From a virus (lineage: Duplodnaviria; Caudoviricetes), in the IMG/VR virus record IMGVR_UViG_3300027779_000030, positions 1 to 62,566 of that record: a stretch of 62,566 bases of DNA; one strand, written 5' to 3'. The position numbers and the translations under genes are program-made. Below the pieces are notes generated by a model. That model searched no databases, was not told the origin of the DNA, and was given only the letters and a program-made list of their open reading frames with translations. The number at the start of each line of letters is the position of its first letter. Positions within the stretch are counted from its first letter, which is position 1. Positions 36,701 through 45,634 of the stretch are shown piece by piece.

Positions 36701-39700
36701 GATTCTGGAAAATTTACTCAATATCCTTTTATAAGATTTAGAGGAATGCCACAGGCCAATACTTTTTCAAACGTTTATGTTGATAAGCATGGATATTTAT
36801 GGCAAACGAAAGGTGGAGGACAGGAACCTATGGGTGGGTTACATGAAAAGATGATTGAAGCGTCTATTTCTGACGGAGATATAGATAATTTAAAATATCA
36901 CTATAAGCTAGACGGTGAACCTGGACCTTTATCAACTAGAGATTCGATACTGGATTCAGTTGGAACCGGCGGTTTAATATTATCTACTAATAATGGACTA
37001 AACTCAATAGACAGAAACTTTTCTGTATTAAATCAATCTTTAAGACTTGGGGGAGATAGCGTTCTCCATGCGACAGTAGATGGAACTATTCCTGCATTTG
37101 CAAATAGTATATCTATCCACGCATATTTTGATAAAGTAAATACAGGATCTCACCAACTTATTATGGCTATTGCAGATGATACTGATGGTATTGTTATGCA
37201 TGAAAAAGATGGTAAGTTATATGCTGGTGTATATACCTCTTCCGGTGGAGAAGGAAATCAGGCAATTTGTGAAACTTTAATATTAGAAAAGAAATGGTAT
37301 CATATTTCTTTAGTATTCGATACTGGTGATCAGAGTGTAAAATTATATTTAGATAAAATATTAGTAAACACGATATCACTAGCTAGTTTACCAAATATTA
37401 GTGGAGGTATATCTGGACTTATTGATAATACTATGATGGTAGGCGGAATATTTGGAACAGCTAGGCTTCCATATGGAAATACATCATCTGTTTCTTATAC
37501 TAGTGAGCTTGCTCCGCACACCCAATCATTTAAAGGGTATATAGATGATATTCGGATATATTGGGATGCTTTAACTGCATCTGAAGTTCAAGCACTCGGC
37601 ACTGTTATTGAAGCATCAGCATCTGTAAGGTTAGGCGGAGATTTAATTGAAGCTACTGATATTAATGTTAATAACTCTAATTTTAAGATAAAGTCGGACT
37701 CTTTAAATACTAATTATTTAAATATTGGATCATATCAAAATGAAGAATCAAGAGCTGCTTCTGAGGATTTAAATAAGGAATTAGATAAGCTTACTGATGA
37801 CTACAACACCCATAATGCAAAATTAGATGATGTATTAGCAAAATCAAATGAGGTACTATCCGACTCTAAATCATCAGATAAGGACAAAGAATCCGCTCAG
37901 ACTGATTTAGATAACACATTATTAGATAAAGCTGCAACTAAAAGTAAATATGACGAATCTAAAACTGAGTATGATCAGCGAATATCTGAGGAAGATGCTA
38001 GCGGAGATCCTATTTGGGAAGTTGGATGCGCTGAAAATCTCATTAATAACGGACCAGTTGATACTATGCTATCTAAAAACGGTAAGCTAGCCGCAACAGA
38101 AAATATTCAAATTAGAATAGGAGAAGTCAGTAATAGTTATGAATCTACTTTTTCAAGTACTAGCTTTACACCAGAAGGATTATTTTATACTTTAAGAAAC
38201 AGTAATGATAATACTGGAACTGGAGTTAAGTTCCAGATTGGAAATTACGTTACTAATGAGTGGATAACTGATGGTAGAGCAATATTAATAAATACATCAG
38301 CTACTCAAGGAGAAACTTTTTATAATTCTTCTCATTATGCTAGACATAATTCAATACATAAAGGTAATGAGACCCAAGGTCAAACTGGCGGGGCTAATTA
38401 CGGAGGAGCAGGTCAAATAAAGTCAGAGTATTTTTCATGGAATTATACCTCGCCCACTTCACCAGGTCCTATTAATCTATATACTAATCCAGATACCCAA
38501 GAAGAGATTGTTATAAGTCCTGCTAAAAATACAGGTCATTTTTTCTTTGAATCCGTTGTTATGGGAATGGGAGAATGCGAACCTAATTCAATTACAATAA
38601 AATTAAAAGGAAGTGCTAGAGTTGATGCTGGTGGAAACGCTGCTTTAATCGGATCAGTAACTAAAACTGTTGAGTCAACTAATGGCGTATCCGGAGCAAC
38701 AACTGCAGATTATGTTATTGCATCTGGGACTCTTGGAATACAGGTTAGTGGAGAAGTAGACGATATTATGATGTGGTCTGCAAATACAATTATACACGGA
38801 ATGACTTGGAATTCAGGTCAACTTGGAGACTGCGCAAAAGCTGAACAAAGCGTATATATTAAATGCGATGCAGATGGCGGAGAAGGAGAAGATAATTCAT
38901 GTGGAGATGGAACGGAACAAATAACAACCCTAGGATTAGTAGGAGGATGGAATAACTTTAGATATGGATGCTGCTGGTACATATTAAATCCTGAGGGAGT
39001 AGCAGACGATTCAGTTACAACAATAGATCCTGATATGATTACTCCTCATTCTAATGGAGAGGCAACATGCGAATCAATTGCTGGATTATATGGAACAACT
39101 TGGGAAAATTGCGTAACTAAAGAAACTAAAGTTTCTCTATGTTGCACAGATGAAATTAATCATCCAGCTGATGTAGTAATCAGTAACTTATTCGATCTAG
39201 ACGGTGTTATAATGGAAGGATGTTGGAAGAAAATAGGATATGCTACTACTGAATCAATTACTGCTCAGTGTCCAGAGGAATTCATAGTTCCTAATCGAGC
39301 ATGTGAAGACGATGATTGTCAGCCCCCTAGCGGATATTCATGGTTCTTATGTGAAGGCCAAGAAGGATGTGAAATCTCAGACTTTAAATTAGAAGAACAA
39401 ATAGCAGGTTCCGAAATCGGGACTGAAAAAGCAAGATTCCAATGCTGCTGGTATGAATATAGAGAATTAGAATCTAGTTCTAATTCAGTTACTATTCCTG
39501 GCCACATTCCTTTATCTGAATCTACATGTGCAGACGCAATAAAGATAGATGGAATACAATGGAAAAAATGTGGATCTGAAGAATTAAGATATAGTGTATG
39601 TTGTCCATCTGAAACTCAATATATGTTGGGAGATATTATAGATAATCTTAGAGATGCTGGATGCAAGTCTAATCTACCTGGATGTTGGGAATATCTTGGA

Positions 39701-40669
39701 GCAATTGCTATACCAGAAGATGGACCTACGGCATGTTGTCCTGCGGAATCGTGGAATGTTTTAGATAATGGAGAATGCCCAGAACAATGTACTGATTCTG
39801 ACGAATACTTTGTATTAATAGAATGCCAAGAAGAGGAAGAACTAAAAAAAGCACCGGAGGGAAATACAATTCAAGCGGGAGCCCAGTCTGGATATATAGG
39901 AAACGGTACTGAGATTGTAATATATGACGGAAAATGCTGGACGGTCAAATCTGGAGGAGAATCACAATTTGACTCTCTTACTTTAATAGACTTTACTATT
40001 GGAGATTGTATATGCTGTATTAATCGATCTTGCGTAGTAGCTACAAAATATGTAGATTGTGAAGCGGCAGATCTTACAATTACAGTATTATCATGTGGAG
40101 ATCTTTCTCCAGGAGATTGGATTGATATATCAGGAGAATGTTATAACATAACAGACGGAGAACCAGATCTAAATAACTGTATATCATATGCGTATACTAA
40201 AGTTGAAAACTGCGAAGTATGTGCAAGAGGAGGAGTAGATGTTAAATTTACACAAGATGGAGAAGATGGAAAAAAATATAAAATGGAGCTTAAATCTAAA
40301 GAGAAAGAGATTGCCTTAAGAAAATTCGAATTAGATGCTGAACCTGCTGACGGCGCTAAAATTAGCATTGCCTCTATTGAGGCCGAAGTATTTGATTCTG
40401 AAACTTGGACAAGCACTGTTGTATCAGACGAAGAATTACGTGGAGATGGTACAACAGATTGGACCGTAACCGATGGAGAAGGTTTTCCAAATCCAGCTAC
40501 TCTACCGTTAGATGTATATGTTGAATCAGCAGATATCGAGTTTGATAAAGAAGTAGATCTAGAAATAGCAGATATTAAGAATCAAGTATGGACAAGAGAT
40601 GATGGTTCTGTAATACCTTCTGGCAATATTGTTATAACAATTGAATTAGCAGACGATGGTAAAAAATAG
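33773..40669 (+). CDS. Giant mosaic tail fibre/adhesin (2298 aa): 53-aa repeats, coiled coils, LamG domain, Cys-rich repeats
   Basis: YTFPSADGLPNQILATNG fibre motif; 4x TDDxxEGxxNLYFT repeats; acidic coiled coil at about 35480-36370; LamG (KWYHISLVFD...KLYLD...FKGYIDDIRIYWDALTASEV) at about 36890-37610; Cys-rich region at about 38820-40230. AATAAATA at 33744-33751. Confidence 0.8.
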   Translation: MSITKEYHDLRVYGEITSEGLTIQSPIGAADGYTFPSADGLPNQILATNGFGQLSFQNATSLALTTDDVPEGLINLYFTEERVDDRIAALIQNGIGINWTYDDPSNTFTGNVTLTPFDTDDLSEGATNLYFTNERVDDRVAQLIINGTGLTWTYNDVANTLQGVVSLSPFTSDDLIEGSTNLYFTDEAAQDAAAAMIQNATGISWTYNDLGNTLTPTIILGDFTTDDLPQGMSNLYLTDEAIDDRVALLVHDTATVTWVYNDIANTLEANAATPVKIQKGGSLVSGDRDTINFIEGTDITLAVADDSVNGRVDVTISYSGIPGTGGVTVNTSEGLTTDSITSTVEFGDEIGGGGAFFTSDREVNLNGKYLEFLGTPYMDVILSSKGDGAVGIGSLFEDDLSSMLHLHGTTRGNHSNLVEKTTLLLSGLTTENDVHYPIQVFHANLDNDNNGTHITLYDEHVLDNCQMIGETRYDGYIYGNNLLVAGSPGVAATGISTLSNSLNEPLLNTFSTHVNTVEGETLNLWPGFSEDAFFPLSLDELKNTSVDAAFKAEYDAFKVFTCSLAVEPEYDISTEFAKSLSTAAEITAKLAEVNSKISESKSEYDEQITLITIQIEANEAAKKVAEDSLLDLQSMKAELEETLEKLNSEKVEAESALAEAQAALEELNAERTIALDAYNAQDKIYEDLIALLDALIARYTSSEADLISDISAEDQALIASLLSDIADGVEGTEFEEEWTNLLTFLGVGTNTILDAINECQNFKALIVQAKADADESESNAVSLYNETKNDLDIVIEENTSLIADIQSQIAENQETLDTVTLDIEATELTIAELTSSIEEQNSQKKAWADCSAELETKIPAWLILSDTLQILLDTNGDSGFIDCNNISYAEYYIGGTPYCLDDATEVYGITLDRKYTKFGQGWLYGADIEELGYGEEVEYELGHSNASVVIGTTNPKDEEKCEVPTAMLDVYGNSITDSGKFTQYPFIRFRGMPQANTFSNVYVDKHGYLWQTKGGGQEPMGGLHEKMIEASISDGDIDNLKYHYKLDGEPGPLSTRDSILDSVGTGGLILSTNNGLNSIDRNFSVLNQSLRLGGDSVLHATVDGTIPAFANSISIHAYFDKVNTGSHQLIMAIADDTDGIVMHEKDGKLYAGVYTSSGGEGNQAICETLILEKKWYHISLVFDTGDQSVKLYLDKILVNTISLASLPNISGGISGLIDNTMMVGGIFGTARLPYGNTSSVSYTSELAPHTQSFKGYIDDIRIYWDALTASEVQALGTVIEASASVRLGGDLIEATDINVNNSNFKIKSDSLNTNYLNIGSYQNEESRAASEDLNKELDKLTDDYNTHNAKLDDVLAKSNEVLSDSKSSDKDKESAQTDLDNTLLDKAATKSKYDESKTEYDQRISEEDASGDPIWEVGCAENLINNGPVDTMLSKNGKLAATENIQIRIGEVSNSYESTFSSTSFTPEGLFYTLRNSNDNTGTGVKFQIGNYVTNEWITDGRAILINTSATQGETFYNSSHYARHNSIHKGNETQGQTGGANYGGAGQIKSEYFSWNYTSPTSPGPINLYTNPDTQEEIVISPAKNTGHFFFESVVMGMGECEPNSITIKLKGSARVDAGGNAALIGSVTKTVESTNGVSGATTADYVIASGTLGIQVSGEVDDIMMWSANTIIHGMTWNSGQLGDCAKAEQSVYIKCDADGGEGEDNSCGDGTEQITTLGLVGGWNNFRYGCCWYILNPEGVADDSVTTIDPDMITPHSNGEATCESIAGLYGTTWENCVTKETKVSLCCTDEINHPADVVISNLFDLDGVIMEGCWKKIGYATTESITAQCPEEFIVPNRACEDDDCQPPSGYSWFLCEGQEGCEISDFKLEEQIAGSEIGTEKARFQCCWYEYRELESSSNSVTIPGHIPLSESTCADAIKIDGIQWKKCGSEELRYSVCCPSETQYMLGDIIDNLRDAGCKSNLPGCWEYLGAIAIPEDGPTACCPAESWNVLDNGECPEQCTDSDEYFVLIECQEEEELKKAPEGNTIQAGAQSGYIGNGTEIVIYDGKCWTVKSGGESQFDSLTLIDFTIGDCICCINRSCVVATKYVDCEAADLTITVLSCGDLSPGDWIDISGECYNITDGEPDLNNCISYAYTKVENCEVCARGGVDVKFTQDGEDGKKYKMELKSKEKEIALRKFELDAEPADGAKISIASIEAEVFDSETWTSTVVSDEELRGDGTTDWTVTDGEGFPNPATLPLDVYVESADIEFDKEVDLEIADIKNQVWTRDDGSVIPSGNIVITIELADDGKK
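33965..34590 (+). repeat. Four in-frame 159-bp (53-aa) degenerate repeats in the giant fibre
   Basis: Units start at 33965, 34124, 34283 and 34442 (xTDDLxEGxxNLYFTxExxDDRxAxLIxxxxGxxWTYNDxxNTL). Confidence 0.85.
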
Positions 40670-40693
40670 ACTAGATATTAGTAAAATTTAGAT

Positions 40694-41209
40694 ATGATAA
40701 TTGGACCATATACCTCAAAAATAGAAAGAAGTCTTGATATAGAAATAGACGGAGTCAAGAAAATGAACCCGAGTTATTTTCCAGATCCCGATGAGGATCT
40801 TGTTTCTTTAGCTAGATTAGATCTAGGAGTAGAGCGACCTACTGAACATAGATCAGCTAGTGAAGGAAAAATAAATGTTGATTGGAGTCTAGAAATAAAA
40901 GATGCTATATACGGAATATATTCTATGTCTATTATAGTAGACCGGGTTTATGGATATATACAAGTTGAAGATATTCCAACCAATTCTTTAGGAGAAGATC
41001 CAGATGAAGATCTAGAAGATTTTGAAATAGAGTTCGATTCTAAAGATAAATCTAAGGGAGAATGGACAATTACAGTAGAGGATAATTTAGGAGGAACTAA
41101 TTATTATGGTGCAGAAGATAGAGATCCATTTAAACTATATGACGGATTCGGCATAGGGGAAGTTTCTATAGATTTTAGCGATAATACTATTATAGTATAT
41201 ATTAATTAA
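40694..41209 (+). CDS. Hypothetical acidic protein
   Basis: 171-aa ORF directly after the giant fibre. Confidence 0.55.
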   Translation: MIIGPYTSKIERSLDIEIDGVKKMNPSYFPDPDEDLVSLARLDLGVERPTEHRSASEGKINVDWSLEIKDAIYGIYSMSIIVDRVYGYIQVEDIPTNSLGEDPDEDLEDFEIEFDSKDKSKGEWTITVEDNLGGTNYYGAEDRDPFKLYDGFGIGEVSIDFSDNTIIVYIN

Positions 41210-41754
41210 TCAAAATCAATATCTAATTTAAAATCTAAGTATTTAAACTTAGCAGTGAAAGTCCTAAATTCTGGAGTGACTGAACTATATGATAATTTTA
41301 TACCATCCTGACCATATAGGATTGGCTTATTAAACACTATTGATGAAACTAAATATCCTTCATTACTTAAAAGAGAAAGTCTCATAGGTGAAAAGGTTTG
41401 ATTCCTATTTGCAAAATCTATATAGTTTAAAGAGTTATCTATAAATATCCAATAATTTAAAAAAGCATCTGCCATTTTAAAAGTTAAAGTAAATTCTCTA
41501 GTAAATAAATCTTCTACTGGAACTGAATTCTTATATTCTTGTTTCTTACCTCTGGTTCTAGTTTGTTGAGCCAATTGCATATTCCATCCTGGAAATTCAA
41601 TCTGTTGAATTGTAGATGACATAAAATCCTCAATTGTATCGTAAGGAAGAATTAAACTTTGGTAATACTTTTTATATTTCTCCTTAACACTTTCTGCGAA
41701 AAAATCAGGAGGAAAAAAGAAGGCAAAGCCGTTATTTCTAGCGTTTAAAATCAT
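41206..41754 (-). CDS. Tail tube-fold protein (T4 gp3/gp19-like tail completion)
   Basis: [11 protein letters not shown]...[16 protein letters not shown]...[10 protein letters not shown]...FTAKFKY; adjacent to a gp15-like gene. Confidence 0.55.
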   Translation of the reverse strand: MILNARNNGFAFFFPPDFFAESVKEKYKKYYQSLILPYDTIEDFMSSTIQQIEFPGWNMQLAQQTRTRGKKQEYKNSVPVEDLFTREFTLTFKMADAFLNYWIFIDNSLNYIDFANRNQTFSPMRLSLLSNEGYLVSSIVFNKPILYGQDGIKLSYSSVTPEFRTFTAKFKYLDFKLDIDFD

Positions 41755-41776
41755 TTAGTAGCTTTATTTTTTTTAT

Positions 41777-42562
41777 TTATTCAGTTGGTGGAAAATCAGG
41801 ATCTATCCATGCATCACTAATTGTTGTTCCACTATCTTGTATTTTTTTAGTTATACCAAACTGGTTTATTACGTTTCCTTTATACATAGTTGCACTCTCG
41901 TCAAAGCTAGGAAAATATGTTTCCATAGATATTGAAAAAGAAGTATTTACATAAGTATCATCATTATAATTAAATGCATATTTCTTATCATTACTCATTG
42001 ATTCTGGGAATTTTATTTGTCCTGGAATTCTTATTCCTCTATATTGGAAATATACTACTTCATTTTTATAATAAAAATCAAATATTTTTTCAGTTATTTT
42101 AAATGTTTTATTTAAATTATCTGTTATAATTTTTATATCGAAATTTAAATCCATAGGTAAACTATATAATCTAGAAGAAAATGCTTTCATTTCCTTTTGA
42201 TCATTTTTATTTCTTTGCTCTTGAGTAAAGGTTCCCCTTACAAACTTATTAGTGATATCTGATGACTTTATAGAAAACGTATTTAAAGTTACAATACCTC
42301 TCGGCACAACCTCATAATTTCCTTCTGCAAGTGATGGGTATTTACAATCATTCGGTAAATCTACAAAAAAATCTTGCATAAATCCTTGATTTCCTGCAAA
42401 GTTATAGAAGAAAGGTACTTCATGTTTTTCTACTTTGTCTCCACGAACTAAGTCTATTATAATTCTACGGTTTAAAACGTCTAAGACAGATAAGGTAGCA
42501 TTTCTTAGAAAAATGTCTTGAACGTTACCGTTCATTATATTTTCGTGATTTGATTTTTGCAT
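41777..42562 (-). CDS. Tail sheath stabiliser/terminator (T4 gp15-like)
   Basis: EVPFFY...VPRG...LPMDLNFDIKI...TSFSISMETY pattern. Confidence 0.7.
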   Translation of the reverse strand: MQKSNHENIMNGNVQDIFLRNATLSVLDVLNRRIIIDLVRGDKVEKHEVPFFYNFAGNQGFMQDFFVDLPNDCKYPSLAEGNYEVVPRGIVTLNTFSIKSSDITNKFVRGTFTQEQRNKNDQKEMKAFSSRLYSLPMDLNFDIKIITDNLNKTFKITEKIFDFYYKNEVVYFQYRGIRIPGQIKFPESMSNDKKYAFNYNDDTYVNTSFSISMETYFPSFDESATMYKGNVINQFGITKKIQDSGTTISDAWIDPDFPPTE

Positions 42563-42574
42563 AATATATTTTTA

Positions 42575-44725
42575 TTATTTATTTTTAGCAATATATGGAA
42601 GATTAAGCTGAGGCTTACAGTTATCTATTATAAGAAGTTTTGACTCGTCTTTAATATATTGTTGACTTAATATAAATTCATGTTGATCTTCCTTTATCAT
42701 AGTATTAAATAGCCGAATATTTGATATCCACATATTTGATGATGGTATATAATACTTACTATTAGTTAAGCTAAACTCAGATTGTGGTATGGCTGACTTT
42801 GATTCTAAAATAAGGTTAAATTCATTATGATTAATTATGTCGGCTGGATCTTCAGATATTGAATATATGTACATTCCACATTGATTAAATTCGTTTGATA
42901 TAGACACAACAATAGCATACCATTCTCCTGATTTTAAATTAGATACAGTTGCACTCTTATTTGTTGAATTTATATCAACAGATAGAGTAAAGTCTCCTTC
43001 TGGTTCATCGTTGAAGTATTTAGAAAACTGACCAGATATTTTAAATCCTTTTTGAGTTTCATTATCATATCCATTTAAAAATTGAACAACATCACTTCCT
43101 GTATTTAGATTAAAAAGCGTAGTATATGATAAGTTTTGTACACCTTCTGAATTGAATTCTGGAATTGAGTTATATAATATAGAAGTTTCTCTAATTTTAA
43201 ATTTAACGACATCGTTTCCATTAGTATCTAATCCATGCATAATATTTCTTTGATTCGCAAAAGATAGGCCATTATATGCTTCTATTCTAATATACCTACC
43301 TGTCTCTGATTGTCCAATGTGGTCAGGTATAGTATCTAGCGGCGCTCTTACTTTAATATATCTAGAATCATTATCTTTAACATTTTTATCTGTTGTTATT
43401 AGCGCATTATTTCTCCATGCTTTAAATGGGCCACTTCCTTGATATGCTAAAAGAACATCATATTTTTTACTACAATTATCATTTAAGCTAGGTAAATTTT
43501 GAACTATTATTGATTCTGATGTAAGAGGAGAGCCTTCTAAAAGCTCATATGTTGAAGTTGTATATGTAATTGCACTTAAATCATAATAATTTTCAACTAG
43601 ACTTGCATGATTATATGTATACTTAAGAGGTCTAATTGTTAAATCTGGATGTATTGCATTTCTAGAAGAATCAAACTTTTGAGATATTGTATCATATTGT
43701 TTTGGCATGGTGCCATCTTTTATATCATTTTCAACGTCTTCTCCAAATAATTGTTCTGCACTACTTACTATATTATCTAGGAAGTGTCTGCTATCATCCT
43801 GTAATAGCATATCAATATTTGGGTTGTATTTTTTAAGTGATACTTTCCACATCGTAGGTTCCATCATGAATCCCCTATGCAAATAACTTCCCTGCACCTC
43901 ATACATTCTATTAATTAATGGAAAATATAAAAAGTCTCGATATCTAGGTTGAGATTTTTTACCAAATACTGATTGAAAATATCTATGATCTACATGAACT
44001 TCGAATGGAAGTTCAAAATCTAAACCAAAATCGGCAAACTTTGGTTGATTACTAGGGAAAGCGTTTTTAGGTACCGCTACCTTTAAACATTTTCTATCTA
44101 CATTTTTAAATAGTGTCCATTCTTTAAATACAAAATCTCCACTATCTGACTCTGGTAATGTTCTAAAGTATACTACTTCATGGCCAAACATAACATTTGT
44201 ATAAAAAGATAGTTCTTTAAACATTCCAATAGCGCTATCTACATTATATGGTTTAAAAGATGGATCTGTTTTAGCTATTATTGATGTACATCCTTCATCA
44301 CTACATTGAGTTTGAGGAGAATAAGTATTTTGGGTAGGTGAGGTTTGTGCAAATCTTAATTTTATTTCATTTATTTGTATAATAGACCCAAGCTCTTCAC
44401 AGGTTCCATCATCATATTCGTACTTTATTTCAAAATAAAATTCAGAGCAATCTTCAAATATAATATCACCAGCTTCTCCTAAATCACCCGGCTCTACTTG
44501 ATACCATAGCGACCAGTCGTGCCTATTTCTTGAATATCTAAAATATCTATTCAATTTACTAAGATCTATTGCACTAGGATCTGCTATAATAAGATCCTCT
44601 AAGAACTCAGTAAATCCAGTTATATCTGTCGTTGGATCGAGAGTAGAAAAAATTCTATAGTTTTTACTAAAAGTTAAAGAATTTTTTTCCGGATCTATTA
44701 ATAATTTTAAAGTGAGATTAGCCAT
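42575..44725 (-). CDS. Neck/head-completion protein (T4 gp14-like domain) with C-terminal LamG-like region
   Basis: FGHEVVYF...KFADFGLDF...FQSVFG...PRYRDFLYFPLINRMYEV; C-terminal GEWYAIVV...ISNIRLFN. Confidence 0.65.
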   Translation of the reverse strand: MANLTLKLLIDPEKNSLTFSKNYRIFSTLDPTTDITGFTEFLEDLIIADPSAIDLSKLNRYFRYSRNRHDWSLWYQVEPGDLGEAGDIIFEDCSEFYFEIKYEYDDGTCEELGSIIQINEIKLRFAQTSPTQNTYSPQTQCSDEGCTSIIAKTDPSFKPYNVDSAIGMFKELSFYTNVMFGHEVVYFRTLPESDSGDFVFKEWTLFKNVDRKCLKVAVPKNAFPSNQPKFADFGLDFELPFEVHVDHRYFQSVFGKKSQPRYRDFLYFPLINRMYEVQGSYLHRGFMMEPTMWKVSLKKYNPNIDMLLQDDSRHFLDNIVSSAEQLFGEDVENDIKDGTMPKQYDTISQKFDSSRNAIHPDLTIRPLKYTYNHASLVENYYDLSAITYTTSTYELLEGSPLTSESIIVQNLPSLNDNCSKKYDVLLAYQGSGPFKAWRNNALITTDKNVKDNDSRYIKVRAPLDTIPDHIGQSETGRYIRIEAYNGLSFANQRNIMHGLDTNGNDVVKFKIRETSILYNSIPEFNSEGVQNLSYTTLFNLNTGSDVVQFLNGYDNETQKGFKISGQFSKYFNDEPEGDFTLSVDINSTNKSATVSNLKSGEWYAIVVSISNEFNQCGMYIYSISEDPADIINHNEFNLILESKSAIPQSEFSLTNSKYYIPSSNMWISNIRLFNTMIKEDQHEFILSQQYIKDESKLLIIDNCKPQLNLPYIAKNK

Positions 44726-44750
44726 TAATAATATGTTTTATAGTTTTTAT

Positions 44751-44806
44751 TATTTATTCGTTGCATTTTTATTAAACTGAATGACTTTAGTTCGGTAAAA
44801 TAAATA
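44751..44806. promoter_or_regulatory. Divergent late promoters AATAAATA (44751-44758 on -, 44799-44806 on +)
   Basis: Both copies are followed by ATAAAAA and lie 21-25 nt upstream of the respective ATGs. Confidence 0.55.
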
Positions 44807-44827
44807 ATAAAAAGATAGATTGAGCAA

Positions 44828-45631
44828 ATGAAGAAGGAACACGTACTAGATCCACTATGGATAACTAAAGGAAGTCCGGGATTAGATCCCGAATATTATA
44901 AGTATATATTATTGGCTGCCAATAAGAAATATAGAGAAAAATTAGAAGGTGGAGATATCTCTAGCTTTTATGAAATAGTGTTTCATGCTCTAAATTTAAA
45001 CAATCTAGCGGTTGATGGGAGTGTATTTAAGTTTAATATGACTCCAGTTTGGGATAATCCTAGATTAAAGGAAATACGAAAAAACTTAAGAAAATTATAT
45101 CAATTACCAGAAGATCTTGTTGAAATTCTAAAGAGCGCAAATTTTTTACTTACTAGCTTAATAGTTGATTATTTAGATGAAATGTTAGAGGCATCTGATA
45201 AATGTAAGGTATATTTTGTTAACCATAACATACATAATCAAAAAGAAATATTTATAGTAATAACTAAAAAGAATAGTGTTGATTATAGTGTATGGAAGTT
45301 AAGATTTGATAGAAGATTTAAATTTGGACACTCTATTGAAAGAATACGAAGAGTTGAATTGAATACATTAGAAGACAATGCCCTTAAGGATGCAGTAGAC
45401 AAGCTAGGTGATCCCCAATTAAATAACATGGATGCTAATACTAATATATGTTTTGCTATCACAGAGGGCAACGAGAATGAATCTAATATAGCTTCATTTA
45501 TTGCAAATACTATAATATTTAGTAATGGTATTCTTAAGAAGCATGCATTTAACCCTAGAGTATTAGACGATCTATTTCAACTTGTTAAAGTTGAGCGTGT
45601 TATGCCATTTACCATGAAATCATTAGGATAA
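44828..45631 (+). CDS. Hypothetical protein
   Basis: 267-aa ORF beginning LDPLWITKG..LDPEYYKYILLA; no family assigned. Confidence 0.55.
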   Translation: MKKEHVLDPLWITKGSPGLDPEYYKYILLAANKKYREKLEGGDISSFYEIVFHALNLNNLAVDGSVFKFNMTPVWDNPRLKEIRKNLRKLYQLPEDLVEILKSANFLLTSLIVDYLDEMLEASDKCKVYFVNHNIHNQKEIFIVITKKNSVDYSVWKLRFDRRFKFGHSIERIRRVELNTLEDNALKDAVDKLGDPQLNNMDANTNICFAITEGNENESNIASFIANTIIFSNGILKKHAFNPRVLDDLFQLVKVERVMPFTMKSLG

Positions 45632-45634
45632 TTT

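Noticed and set aside
30595-41209. Plus-strand fibre block as an invertible (phase-variable) segment
   Set aside because: No flanking inverted repeats or recombinase seen; it has its own divergent promoters and a normal convergent overlap at 41206-41209.
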